From Eledone cirrhosa (taxonomy: Eukaryota): a DNA stretch of 64,000 nucleotides. Numbering within the stretch: the stretch's first letter is position 1; each line of letters begins with the position of its first letter. The DNA is taken from contig OZ024741.1 of assembly GCA_964016885.1 (NCBI GenBank), forward strand, positions 204,352,001-204,416,000. Direction: 5' to 3'. The notes under the pieces were generated by a model that did no database searches, was not told the origin of the DNA, and was given only the letters and a program-made list of their open reading frames with translations. The translations under genes and the position numbers were made by a program. Of this stretch, positions 13,890-26,364 are shown piece by piece.

Positions 13890-14490
13890 GATGAGTCCTC
13901 TCCAGCACAACTTCCTTCCATTCGCAGCATTCCTTAGCCAACTCCTCTGTGAGGTTCAGTATTTTGAGATCAGCTCTAAACACCAGTCCAGGTCTTTCTC
14001 AGCCATCCTTCTACTGGCATCACCAAGCGTTTCTCATTTATATTCATCACATGTCCAAACCAGTGGAGTCTCCTTTCTTACACACTATATCTGATTCCTC
14101 TTATACCCAGCCTTTCACTCAGTTTGTCCATACCCCATTGTTCATGCACACTAACATCGTACATCAAACGGAGAATGCTTGCTTCGTTTTTCTAAACTCC
14201 ATATATCCTCTGCATTTTAGCGCCCATGTCTCAATGTCATGCAACATTGCACGTCTCACGCAGACATCATACAATCTACCCTTTGCTTGTAGAAATAATT
14301 CCTATTGTCATCAGAGGTAGTAGCTCTTTAACTTTTTCTTGCCTGTTCTTATTCTAGCTAATATACTTTCAAAGCAGCCCCCTTCACTGCTAATTAAGTC
14401 ACCTAAGTAAAGGAAGCAATCAACTACTTTATGGTATCCTGCTGAGATAGAAATGTTTATTTCACTGCTGCTCTTACTACTCACTGTTCA
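13890..14490 (-). mobile_element. Old RTE-type LINE 3' fragment
   Basis: Degenerate similarity on the minus strand to the RTE C-terminal region (YLGD, LYDVC, W.GHV motifs), ending in the tail at 13845-13889. Confidence 0.55.
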
Positions 14491-14556
14491 TCTTCTATAT
14501 ATGTCGATATTTTGTCAGTCTGAAAACAAAAAATTTAACTAAAAAAACTAACTTAC

Positions 14557-14677
14557 GAAGTCTTTCTGTTTTTTTGTCTTTGTCTTCTCTTCCCCTTCTT
14601 CACCATCAAGATCTGTATCTTCTGGACGAATTTTCTTACGCATCATCACGGAGAACAAATTCAGAGTTTTGTCGCGT
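14557..14677 (-). CDS. GTF2F1: GTF2F1 coding exon 6
   Basis: tag/gtaagt; RDKTLNLFSVMMRKKIRPEDTDLDGEEGEEKTKTKKQKDF, corresponding to RAP74 'RNKVLNHFSIM'. Confidence 0.92.
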
Positions 14678-15582
14678 CTAACAGCAAACACAAAAGAATA
14701 CAATGTTTTAAAAACAAAAATTTTCTCTCACTCTCTCTCCTTCACACACATGCAGACCATTTCCCAAATATAAAATGATGATCTGTAAAGGATAAAATGA
14801 CTACCAGGGGCAAATGATTTCTTAGTTTTAAGACAACTTTTTTACTTCAAATGTTGCTTTTTGTAGGTTACAATAAAAAATCATTTGAGTTGATTGTTTG
14901 TTGTAATTACAGCTGACAACCATCTAGGTTTAGCTGGCCTCATACAAGTTTACCTCTCATTTGAGATGATTAGCCACCAACATAAATAACAAATGGCAGT
15001 AATTCAAAATACAAAGCAATACAAGGAGAAATTGTGCGCAAAATATAAATTCCCAAATCAAGTAAATGTAGGAAAATAATTAAAATATTTAAAAAAGAAT
15101 TCTCACAGACTATTCTATCATGGCACAAACACTAGCGAGGTTGTTACATGCTCATCCAGATATAAGTGTTCTCTCTGACTACAGTGTTGGTGACTGAATT
15201 GAGTTATGTTAAGTTTTGAAAGAACTTTTCAGTCTGAATGAGCATGTAATAACCTTTCTGGTGTTAGTGTCATGATAAAATGCCCCCAATCCACCTTGTA
15301 AATTGTTAGTGTTGGTGCTAAGGAAAAATGCACCTAGTACACTCTGTGAAGTGGTTGGCATTATGAAGAGTATCCAGCCATAAAAAGTATGCCAATTATA
15401 AAACACATAAGCAAGATTGGGTTGCTCCGATTTTTCTTGTCTCAGACTATGACAATCTGTCCAACCCATGCCAGCGTGGAAAGAGGAGATAAGATGATGA
15501 AGATGTTTATATAATAATATTTACAAAGAAAATTATGATCAGAATTGCAAGAGAACAGGATTTTAATAATCAAAACACAAAC

Positions 15583-15753
15583 TTTTTAAATTCTTCTTCT
15601 GCTTCTTCAGCATTCAGATACTTGTACTTGATGATAGGACTGAAGTTATACCAATGTTCAACTGGGAAAGCTTCAAATGCACCATCAGCACATTGGGTGA
15701 ATATGAAATAGGAGGTATTGTCAGAGATAGTGCCTTCTCTCACACCTTTGAAT
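15583..15753 (-). CDS. GTF2F1: GTF2F1 coding exon 5 (TFIIF alpha N-terminal domain)
   Basis: FKGVREGTISDNTSYFIFTQCADGAFEAFPVEHWYNFSP...LNAEEAEEEF, the diagnostic RAP74 motif; ag/gt boundaries. Confidence 0.96.
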
Positions 15754-16530
15754 CTGAAATTACAGAAATAATTTGAAATGTGAGTGTCCTGACACAAATG
15801 ACTTTCATAATAATAGTCAATTACTATAAATAACAGTTGAGAAAATCAAGTAAAGTACTCTTGGATATGGAAAAAAATGGACAAAGGCACATGCAAGGAA
15901 TTGATCCCCACATCTCCCAGATGTCAGGCAAGTGCATTAACCACTATGCTAAAGAGATAAAAACAAATAATTTTAACAATTTTAATTTGGGGGATTGTAA
16001 ACCCATTTATATTTACTACTATGTATTTCTTATATATATTAAAATTATCAGAAGAAAAATAACTCTAAACAACACAAGATATAATACTTAATTGTACATA
16101 TTACACACAGAGTTAGGAAGACTTGACAGTTGTGTCAAAGATATGACAATCCCATTAGTGCTAATACCAGAATAAAACACTGTAAAGTAGTTGGTGTTAG
16201 GAAGGGCAACGCATAGGGCTGAGAGGACTCATCAGTTGTGTTAAAGACATGACAACCTCTCTAGTGCTACAATAAAATGCACCCAGTACACTCTTTACTT
16301 TGGATACCAAATCACCCCTGGTTTCATGAAACAGTTATTTATTTTAAAGCTTCCATTATAATTTTATGTAAGAACTTTTGTTAAGTTAGGTTCCAAAGAC
16401 CAGCTTAAAAATAAGTTAGTTAGTTATATTACTAAATTGACCTAAATTCTTGATTATTTTCAAAATGACTTGAACATTTTAGGCAGTCTTTCATGAGAAA
16501 TATAAGGAAAGGGTTAAAGTTACTCAATAC

Positions 16531-16742
16531 CGTTTACAGTTCTGTTTTGATCCAATCTTCATATGCCATGGTTGATCCTCAGGTTTGTATTTCTTAAGCA
16601 TCACACCATATTTCTTACGGCGAGCTTCTTCTTTTTGCTCACGGCCAAATTCACTACCAGCACCAAATTTTGGCATCAAATCAATGTCATTAGCTGTTTT
16701 ATACTCGCGTAAGTTGTTTTCCCGTTCTAAACGAACATTTGT
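16531..16742 (-). CDS. GTF2F1: GTF2F1 coding exon 4
   Basis: VRLERENN...MPKFGAGSEFGREQKEEARRKKYGVMLKKYKPEDQPW, a RAP74 signature; cag/gtattg. Confidence 0.96.
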
Positions 16743-16804
16743 CTGAAAATAAAGACAATTAAAAAAATATGTAGAATTTCAACTAAATGAGTTGTCATTA
16801 TCAT

Positions 16805-16960
16805 GCCATGCTTTCCAGCATAGTTACGTCCTTTACGATCTGAGTTCAAATCCCGCCGAGGTTGACTTTGGGTTTCATCCTTACGGGGTCGATAGAATAA
16901 AGTACCAATAATGCACTGGGTAATTGCTGGCCTTGTGCCTAAAGTAGAAACAATTATCAT
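16805..16960 (+). mobile_element. Young tRNA-derived SINE, 5'-truncated (family also near 9840, 10420, 29745, 31680, 32800-, 45960, 47465-, 50170, 53961, 55950)
   Basis: B-box gagttcaaatccc; body ctttcatccttacggggtcgata..aataaagtaccag; end gtgcctaaagtagaaaca; flanking attatcat direct repeat. Confidence 0.8.
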
Positions 16961-17631
16961 TTAATGTGCATTTTCCCCACAGACAAGGGTTGGTTACGTC
17001 TTCACAGACTGGTCAGTACTCCAGTGGAGATCCTGACCACTCAGATAGGCTAGGAATCCACATCTCGCTTATATATATATGTTCCTATACACTATCAACT
17101 ACCCCGGAAGACCAGGGCTTTTTTTTTTATTTAATCCTTAACATACTGTAATGATTTAGCAGAAAATATCTAAAAACAGGTTTGTCAATTTAAATCTTTT
17201 TAGTATCTTTACTAGTGGACAGATTGTCATTAAATTTTTCAGTAAAGACTTTTCATGTGATGCAGTCATAGTACTGTTTACTACTTTTCAAGAACGTCTT
17301 GCTAATGTGATTTCGTAGGTCTTGTTAATTCAAATATATATAGTATCTTTACATACGGATAGGTCGTTGAGAATTTGCAGTAAACTAAAGGCTTTACTTT
17401 TCAATGCGATGCAGTCATAGTGCTGTTTTGTTCTTTTCAAGAATGTCTTGCCAATGTGGTTTCAGATGGTATGTTCATTCATATATTTAACATATCTTTA
17501 TAACTGGAGATACGCACACACATACAATCAATTTTTTTTTTAAACTCGTACCAAATTAAAGATTTCACAATTAAAATTTTAGTTTGGTTAAGAAGAGAAA
17601 AAAAAGAAAAATGTTTATAAAAGAAACTTAC

Positions 17632-17698
17632 ATGTTTGGAGAAATCCAAATCCGAGCCAACAGCAAACCTGAACATACTAAAACGTTTCTTTCGATCC
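17632..17698 (-). CDS. GTF2F1: GTF2F1 coding exon 3
   Basis: ag/gtaagt; DRKKRFSMFRFAVGSDLDFSKH, aligning with RAP74 'KKYNIMAFNAADKVNF'; phases fit. Confidence 0.88.
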
Positions 17699-18699
17699 CT
17701 TAAAAAGAAAAAAGAAATTATATATATATATATATATATAATATATGACTTCTTTAAGATCTTATTTTATAGAAATTTATCATTTGGAAGGAAATTAATA
17801 CAATCACATTATTTCTGAAGTTTAATGCTTTGGATGAGAAAAAAAAGCCTATATCTTATATTGTTGCACCATTAAATTCATCAGTCTTGGAAGATTTGCT
17901 ATGGTCACATGTACCACCCCTGCTCATCTTAAAAAGAAAATCTTCTCCATATCTGGAGCACTAAACAAAGATGAGTAAAAAAAGAACAAAAAACTTTAGA
18001 CCCTTTAGATCTTTATTAAAATATTTAAAAGGTCACATCCAGCCCATGGAAAAGCAGATGTAAAGATGATAATTTAGATTTTAGGTTGGTTGAACTTGCA
18101 TTTTTATCTCAGTTTGTTGGATAAAGAGTTACCTTATTTAATCATTAGTGTTGTGTCCATGCTGAGAGACTTAATTCTTAATGCCTTGTATCACAAGAAA
18201 CCACATTAGCAAAACATTCTTAAGTATAAAACAGCATAATGACTGCATCACATTAAAAACTGTAGTCTTTAGTTTACTGTAAATTTTCACATTATTATGA
18301 TAATTTGTCCACTAGTAACGACATTAGCAATCCCTTTTTTAGACATATTCTGCTAAATCATTAGAGAATGTTAAGAGTTATCAGCACTTAACAAGGGAGT
18401 GCACCAAACATAAAAGGCGAACCATAGGGTAAGGTCAAATCTTCCCAGAGACAAAAATGCTGCAATAGATTTACATTCCTATCCAAAGAGGAAGATATTT
18501 TGCAACATGTTAACTCTCTTGATATTAAACTGCCTGAAACCACTCTGGATTTATGAGAGAAAATTATACATTTTAAGATATTTATATTATAACAACCCAT
18601 CTAGGAGGGCAGTGAATCCGATTTAAAATGACTGCATAAGGCAGACATGGACTCTCTAAGCTGTAGTGAAGGCAACCCATCTAGGAGAGTAGACATCAT

Positions 18700-19045
18700 T
18701 ATCACTGTTTAACATTCATTTTTCCATGCTGGCATGGGTTAGACTAGTTGCCCGTCGTGAGATAATTTAGACTAGGTAACTGTGTCTGGCTCAAACAGAA
18801 ACTGATTATGCTTAGTTTCTGTGGCTGGATGCCCTTCCTAATGACAACCACATTTACAGTGTGTACTGGGTGCTTTTTGTCGTGACACCTACACAACCAC
18901 TTTATAATGTTGACTGGGTGCTTTTTGTCATGATACCTACATAACCATTTTACAGTGTGGGCTGGGCATTTTTTGCCGTGACACCTACATGACCACTTTA
19001 CAGTGTGGACTGGGTGCTTTTTGTCGTGACACCTACACAACCACA
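18700..19045 (-). mobile_element. RTE-tail SINE-like element with about four internal 48-bp tandem units
   Basis: Repeats of gcacccagcccacactgtaaagtggtcatgtaggtgtcatgacaaaaa (reverse complement), then ggaagggcatccagcc and the ccatgccagcatgg tail. Confidence 0.65.
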
Positions 19046-20631
19046 AAACAGATTAACTTAATTCTTTTGATACTAAACAATCTGAAACTGCTCTTTGTTC
19101 TGATACAAAGTTCTTTGTTTTATAGGTCTTTATATTTATCTAAAAACCTTTCATGATGATTTCATTTAAGAACTTTTGTTAAGTTATGCTCCAATAACGA
19201 GAAAGTTAGTTTTATTACTAAACACCTTCAAATTCTTGATTATTTTCAAAGTTATTAGAAAATCATTAACAGTGTCTTTTATTATTAGAAATACAATAAT
19301 GAAGGATTAAGAATTAGTGGTAATGTCAGTCATAATTACTAAATTGGAAGTTTTATGAATGAAGTAAAAATATAGTATTGAGTGAGATGTTTCATGAAGT
19401 GCCGCCCCTTCTAATAACTACTAGTCTATCACCAAACATTGTTTGTAGGTGCAGCTTAAGAATCACGGCTTTTGGTCTTAAAAAAAGGAAGCTATTGGCT
19501 AATGTAGTTCTACATACACTATATCAAAAAAAAAAGCATATGGAATGATCAGGTCTATGGTTAAACATTGTCAGGTCTATGGTTAAACATTCAGTAATCA
19601 AGCTGTGACTAACTCATCTTAGCATTGAACATCCTTATAATCAAAGGTGGGGAAGCAATCATCATCATTTAACATCTTGCTAGCAAGGGTTAGACGAGAT
19701 CTCCACAGACCAGGTTAGAACTCAAGTGGAGCTACTGACTTATCAGATGAGCCAGGAGCGTGCATCTCACTTATATACATTCCCACATTCTATTGAGTGC
19801 ATTTTACCATGGCACCAATACTGGGGAGGTTATCATATCATATCTTTCACACAGCTGAAAAGTCCTCCAAACCCTTTTTTTGGCAGGTTTTATATGGTTC
19901 ATGCCCTTCCTATCACCAACCATATTACAGGGTGTACTGGGAGCATTTATCGTGTAGATCACCAATAGTAGGGAGGTTGTCATATATTTGACACAGCTGA
20001 TGAGTCCTCCTAAACCTCTGGCCTGCTTAGACTGGTGAAATTGCCATGGCTAGTGTCCATGATTACCATATTAGCAAGTTAAGCAACATCAGCCTGAACA
20101 ACTTCAAAGTGAGAATATTTTCGATTTTGTAGCCAAGTAAACTGTATGTGCATTTACTTTTCATAGATCAAGTTCAGGTGTCTCTAAAGTGGTCGATATC
20201 AACAGCCAGCAGTCAATGTGACTATCCAGAGGGTTGATTGAACTTGGGGTCCAAAACCTGATATTTGTATAAGAAATGATAATATATAAAATATAACTTG
20301 CTTATATAGGTTTTTGAGTCATATATAATTAGTTTGTATTGCCTATTTATTTCATATTCTGTTTACTGATGTATTTATATACATATTTATTTTTGTACAT
20401 GCCTGAGGTTGGTGAGGGTTATAGATTCCATAAAAGGGGTCAATGATCAAAATTGTTTGGGGATCCCTAGGCTAGTTCTTTGAGAACTCAACTAACAGGA
20501 GGTGCCTCAAACTGAAATTTGTAAACCTTCAATGTAATAAGCTACTGACTACAGATAGTTTGTTAAACATGAATAACTGAACATATGAAAAGAAGAAAAA
20601 TTACTGTTGGAAAATTATATAAAATACTTAC

Positions 20632-20681
20632 TTCGGAAGTCTGACTGTGTACTCTTGTGTAGTTGAGCTACCAGCAGTCAC
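20632..20681 (-). CDS. GTF2F1: GTF2F1 coding exon 2
   Basis: ttccttcag/gtaagt; VTAGSSTTQEYTVRLPK, matching RAP74 'VTEYVVRVPK'. Confidence 0.92.
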
Positions 20682-21187
20682 CTGAAGGAAGAGGAAAATA
20701 TGAAAATGTAATCATACTAGAAAAACAAATTATAATGGAAACTCAATCGATTGATGGAAATTTGTTGGTTTCAATGATGAGTGCTCTCGTTGTTCGATCA
20801 ACAGAACAGCCTGCTCATGAAATTAACATGTAAGTGGCTAAGCACGCCACACTGTGTGACAAGGCTGGAACATTTGATGAACTTCCAAACAGTTTCTGTC
20901 AACCCAATTTCACTCACAAGGCATGGGTCAACAAGAGACTATGGTAAATGACACATGCCAACAAGATATCACATAGTGGAATCAAACCCAGGACCTAATG
21001 ATTGAGAAGTAAACACCTTAACCATTGTACTATGTTGCATCTACTAATGAAAACTAGGATAAATAAGGAAACATTGAGATATACCCAAAAGACTTACTGT
21101 ATATACTTGTATATAAGCCAAGAAATATGTGACAAAAAAAAAATTGATGGTAAAATGCAAGGAGGGGTGGCTAATATTTGAAGTCAA

Positions 21188-22255
21188 TACGAGGATCAAC
21201 TGAAAGGTTCATATGTTGACTAAAACAATCTCATGGAATGTGGCTAAATGAAGCTTATTTTTCTACAAAGTCCTACGGGCACAGGCCGAAGCTGAAGCAT
21301 ACATACAGTATGTCCCATCCCACCCACCTATACATCCCCCATGAGGACAAACTGAAGTATGCATCCAGTGAAACCCCCAGCCCACACTGTAAAGTGGTCA
21401 TGATGGTAACATGGCAAAAAGCGCTCACCCCACATAAAGTGGTCATGTAGGTGTCATGACAAAAAGCACCCAGCCCACAGTGTAAAGTGGTCATGTAGGT
21501 GTCATGACAAAAGGCACTCAGTCCACACTGTAAAGTGGTCACGTAGGCATCACGACAAAAGGCCCCCTGTACTCACTATAAATGAGGTTGGGGTCAAGAA
21601 ACCAAGCCAGAATCAGTTCTGAAAGAGCAAGACGTGGTCACCTGACCTATTATTGCCTACAACAGGACAACTCGTTTAACCCATGCTAGCATGGAAGAAT
21701 AGATGTAAAAGAATGATGATGATGAGTTCCCCTTGCAGTTCACATACTTCTTCCATCGGTGTTGCAGTGCTTGGATCCCATTGTTGAAGAAGCTTTCATC
21801 CTGTTGGTAAAAAAAATCATCAACAGTAGATATGACATATCATTGCAATACTGGTTCCCAGCAAACTGTGTTTTCGTGTTGGGGATGGATGATAGTCAGA
21901 TGGGACCAAATCAGGAGAATAGGGAGGGTGATCAACTAGCAAGGATGGTACCACTAGCAAGTTGGCATAGTACTCTCGATTAGTAGTCAATAAATACAAT
22001 GCTTTTTGCATCCCAAAACACTGAAGTCATCATCTTCTCTGCAGATGAAGCAACCTTGCCTTCTTTGGAGCAGATGAGGAGGGGTGCCTCAAACAATGTC
22101 AGATTTTGCCATGATGTGATCAGCCTAGTGCATTTTTGATCAAGTGTCAGAAGACATGACCCCACATAACAGAAACCTTTGTCATGCCAAGTTCATTGTG
22201 TAGAATATTCTTAACTCTCTCACGGGATATGCTAATAGCATTCACTATTTGAACT
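21188..22255 (-). mobile_element. Degraded mariner transposon, interrupted by an RTE-tail SINE-like insert (about 21360-21725)
   Basis: Transposase remnants MMTSVFWDAKSIVFIDY and HPPYSPDLVPSDYH (YSPDLAP motif); TIR-like tacgaggatcaactgaaaggttc at 21188. Confidence 0.85.
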
Positions 22256-23251
22256 TTTTCACACATGAATATCCCATACATATACAGACACACATATACT
22301 CACATGCATGCACATACATGTTTTTCTCTGACTTCATACTTTTTCTTTCAGTCTTACGTAAGATTAAAATCATACTTCCTCTCCCTCCCTCTTCTACTCT
22401 ATGAATCCCTATACAAAGTTCTCTTATTCAATCTCTTGCTTTCAAAGTACTCCTAACATGTCAGTGGCCAGAAGTAAACAAAAATTCAAGAATTTTGTTG
22501 AAACATTATAAAACGGATAAAAAAATCATTATGTAATGGAGTTGTGAAACTAAATCTGTACTCTAAACAACACTTTAAACATCAAAATCTTAAAAGATTA
22601 AAATCTACCATATCTGATATGTTTCTAAGACATTCCAAAGCTCATTCTACATCATAGGTCTGCCTGCTTGAACAATATTGATAACTCCACCACAACAATG
22701 ATTTTATACATTGTAAATTTTTAAGAAAGCATAAATATAAATTTGTAAAGCCTGTCTTTTCTATGGGTACAAATAATTTAAGAGAGCTCCAACTGATGGA
22801 GTTGTTACAGTATCAATTTAAATGTCTTGCGGTATTTGTTCTGATTCTTTGCACTCTGTTCAAATCCTGCCATGATCAACTTTGCTTTAATTTTTTGGGG
22901 GTTGATAAGTAAAGTACCAGACTAGAATAGTGCATTAGCAGAATTGATAGTGTTGGCTGAGATGTTGCGTAGTATGTTCTGGCTGTGTTCAAAATCCTGC
23001 TTTCTATCACTGGAAAAATGGTAGCATGATAGGATTGAGGCCCCTATCATTAAAACTCCCAATGAGATGGCCCCTCAAAGGAAGCTGATAGCTAGACTTA
23101 CACTGGTGTGAGCTATAACAATAGTTAAGAAATGAAAGAAGCAAACAATCTTATCTCACCTTGATTTTAAATCAAGAAGGCTGAGGAGAATGGGAGGAAG
23201 AAGAAGCACTTGGACATTATACAATATGTGCTTATATATATATATATATAT

Positions 23252-24400
23252 GAACTGAGGGTCTACTGTGTGAAGGGTTCAGCGCAGCCAATTGACCTGT
23301 CCCTCCTCATAGTGGTGCCATCCAGTTCCCTTCCTGAGCTATGGGTCTGCTGTCTGAAGGGTTCGGTGTGGCGAACAGGCTTATCCCTCCGCGTAGCATA
23401 GTCCCGGGTTTCCAAGTCCAGATGGGGCCCCACTATGAGAGGGGTTTGGCGCAGCGAACTGGCCTGTCCCTTTTCATAGTAGTGCCATGCAACACCTGAA
23501 GTGAGGATCCACTGTGTGAAAGGATCAGCACGACCAACTGACCTGTCCCTCCATATAGTGGTACCATTCAGCACCAGGCTGCCAAACGGTGGTACCGCAC
23601 CTGTCCCTCTGCATAGCGGTGTCATCCAGTACCAGGCTCCAAAACTATAGTTATGTTGTGATATAGGTTCAGCACTGTTAACATGCCTGTCTCTCCTCAT
23701 AGGAATGCCATCCACTACCTGGCCCCAAAACTATGGCTATGCTGTGAGATGGGTTAGGCTCCTCGTATCGGTGCCATCCAGTACCGGGCTCCAACCTGTC
23801 CCTCCGCATAGTGGTACCATCCAGCACCAGGCTCCCAAACTGTGGTTCTGCACTTGTCCCTCCTCATAGCGGTGTCATCCAGTACCAGGCCCCAAAACTA
23901 TGGTTCTGCTGTAAGATGGGTTTGGCGCAGCCAATTAGCTTGTCCCTCGTGATATGGCAACCAATACCTAAACTGAGGGTCCACTGTGTGAAGGGTTCGG
24001 AGAGGCCAACTGGCCTGACCCCCCTCATACGGTGACATCCAGTTCCCATCCTGACCTATTGGTCCACTGTGTGAAGGGTTTGGTCCGGGCTCCCAAGTTC
24101 AGAATGTGGCCCTGCTATGAGATGGGTTCAGTGCGGCCAACTGGCCTGTCCCTTCTTATAGCGGTGCCATGCGACACCTGAACTGGGGGTCCAGTGTGAA
24201 GGGTTCGGCGTGGCTAACTGGCATGCCCCTCCACATAGTGGTGCTATGCAGCGCCAGGCTCCCAAACTGTGGTTCTGTACTTATCCCTCCTCATAATGGC
24301 GCTATCCAGTACCGGGCTCCAAAACTATGGTTCCACTGTGAGATGGGTCCAGCACAGCCAACTGGCCTGTCCCTCCTCATAACCATGCCATCCAGTTCCA
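23252..24400. repeat. Diverged GC-rich tandem repeat, about 81-84-bp modules
   Basis: Recurring tgtgaagggttc..gccaactggcctgtccctcctcatagtggtgccatccagtaccaggctcccaaact modules at 23271, 23355, 23436, 23517 and onward. Confidence 0.8.
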
Positions 24401-24594
24401 CACTGTTGGTGTTAGGAAGGGTATCCAACTGTAAAATACCTGACTAAATTTACAGTCCTCGTCGGAGCAAGGTGTGACGTGGCTAACTCTGGTCAGACTT
24501 GTCTCCCAATGTGGACGACTCGTCTTACCCATACTAGCATGAAAAAAAATGGATGCTAAACGATGACGATGATATATATATATACACACACACG

Positions 24595-25556
24595 CATATC
24601 CGTGTCCGTGTGATGTTGACAGACACGAGAATATATATAAGACGGAGAAGGCAAGCACACTTAATCACACTCGCAACATTGCGGTGGGTGTTAAGGAAGC
24701 TAAGGTGTTGAAATAACAATGTACCCTCACAAGTACCACCTAATATGTCGGTAAGACGAGTCACCAAAGATGAAAAAGTTGTCAACGGCTCAGCTTCGCC
24801 GAACGTCTCAAACGCCAAAGACTATAAAAAATAGTTTGCCAATAATTCCCGATATCTTAAAATTTTATTCCGTTCAGATACAGATGTAGTGGCCATCACC
24901 TTCCCCGCAGTATCCAGATTGTGAGAAAGAGCAAGTGTCACTGACTGAGGAGTCCCAAATGAGACATCTACCTTGTACTCAGAGACAAAGAGTAAGACCG
25001 TCTGGCCTCTTCTAAATCAACCAGCTGGCTCCATTCTAAGTCAATTAATTTCGGAGGTGTCGCATATGGGCTTATCGATACCAAGTGATGCTCGATACTC
25101 AGAAGAGGATCATCTCTACCTTGGTATGAGTCTAATTATCCTTTCCGGGTACCAAATGATCATACTTAAGATATAAGGTATATATGAGCGTTCCTCGATT
25201 ATATATTCATTTTCTTGAAAATTTTCTGAAAAATGAAACATGCCCATGTACTCTGAAGAACCACACTGCTTGGGATAGAATCAAATTGAACAAGATCATA
25301 GTAAATTATCACACACACACACCCTAGTGTGTACAAACGATTATTAACCCAATGTGTTGTTAAAAAAATAAACACTAACAAAATTACAATGTTAATCCAG
25401 TATGCAAATTATATATATAAAATGTTCTTTATTATGGCTGAGTGCACAAGTGAACATCAAGAGTAACAAGATTCAGTCATAAGAACATTATTAAACTCTA
25501 GATCGGTATTGAGTACTCATTCTCATGTCTGTCAACATCACACGGACACGGATGTG
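24595..25556. mobile_element. Non-autonomous DNA transposon with 38-bp TIRs, between TA microsatellites
   Basis: catatccgtgtccgtgtgatgttgacagacacgagaat (24595-24632) matches the reverse complement of 25519-25556 at 36/38. Confidence 0.85.
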
Positions 25557-25616
<60 letters not shown>

Positions 25617-25761
25617 TAATAATCATAATATGGACGAGGTGTTCAATTTTCACTACATTGAGGTGTGACGCACATATTGTATAATATCCAAGTCAACACG
25701 TAAATGCCTATCACAAATTAATGAATAGGTTAAATATATAAATGATATTTTAATCTCTTAC

Positions 25762-25776
25762 CGGATTATTTGCCAT
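25762..25776 (-). CDS. GTF2F1: GTF2F1 coding exon 1 (MANNP)
   Basis: aaaaATGGCAAATAATCCG|GTAAGA: good start context and a phase-0 donor matching exon 2. Confidence 0.8.
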
Positions 25777-26309
25777 TTTTTAAGATGAGGATTGAAGAAA
25801 TTATTCAAAGAAATTAACATCAACAAGAATACACTGGCGCCATCTTTGTTAATATTGTAAATATAACTATTTTCGTATCTAATTTTCCGAAAATTGTTTC
25901 CGTCTTCCAAATTAATATTCGATTCAATATTTTGTCGAGTTATTTATTTATTTTATTTGAACATTATTTTCTAACTATATTTTGAATATTTTTTAAGATG
26001 TTATATGGTAACCTTATCAGTAATTTCACATTTAGATGACGTCGCCGTCGTATTGTTATTATTCTAGCAGATGACAGAAGATTATGACGAACTCACTAAA
26101 ATGTGTTTCTATCCGTTTCCTTTTCTTTTCTACATCCAATTGTTAACATTTGAATATTTTTAGATACTTGTGCGACACATAATTTAGAAGATCCTAACAT
26201 CTATGTAAAGTTTATTTAAGAAACGTATCTTCACTATTATTCTACTAAGTTTCTTTATTAGGTGCAATGTAAGGGACATAACTGTGGTAAAAACAGTTTG
26301 ATTCTAAGC
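25777..26309. promoter_or_regulatory. Bidirectional promoter/5' UTR region between GTF2F1 and GPATCH4
   Basis: 533 bp between divergent ATGs; YY1/TISU-like AAGATGGCGCC (minus, 25836-25846); CRE-like TGACGTCG at 26037-26044; local CpG enrichment. Confidence 0.75.
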
Positions 26310-26364
26310 ATGGCGAATAATTCGTTTGCTAGATCGGTTTTGGAAAAATATGGTTGGAAAACAG
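26310..26364 (+). CDS. GPATCH4: GPATCH4 coding exon 1 (start of G-patch)
   Basis: ATG MANNSFARSVLEKYGWKTG, then AG|GTAATT; N-terminal half of the G-patch. Confidence 0.92.

Noticed and set aside
23263-24447. About 84-bp periodicity suggesting a C2H2 zinc-finger array
   Set aside because: The provided translations show no CxxC...HxxxH or TGEKP linkers, and unit length varies
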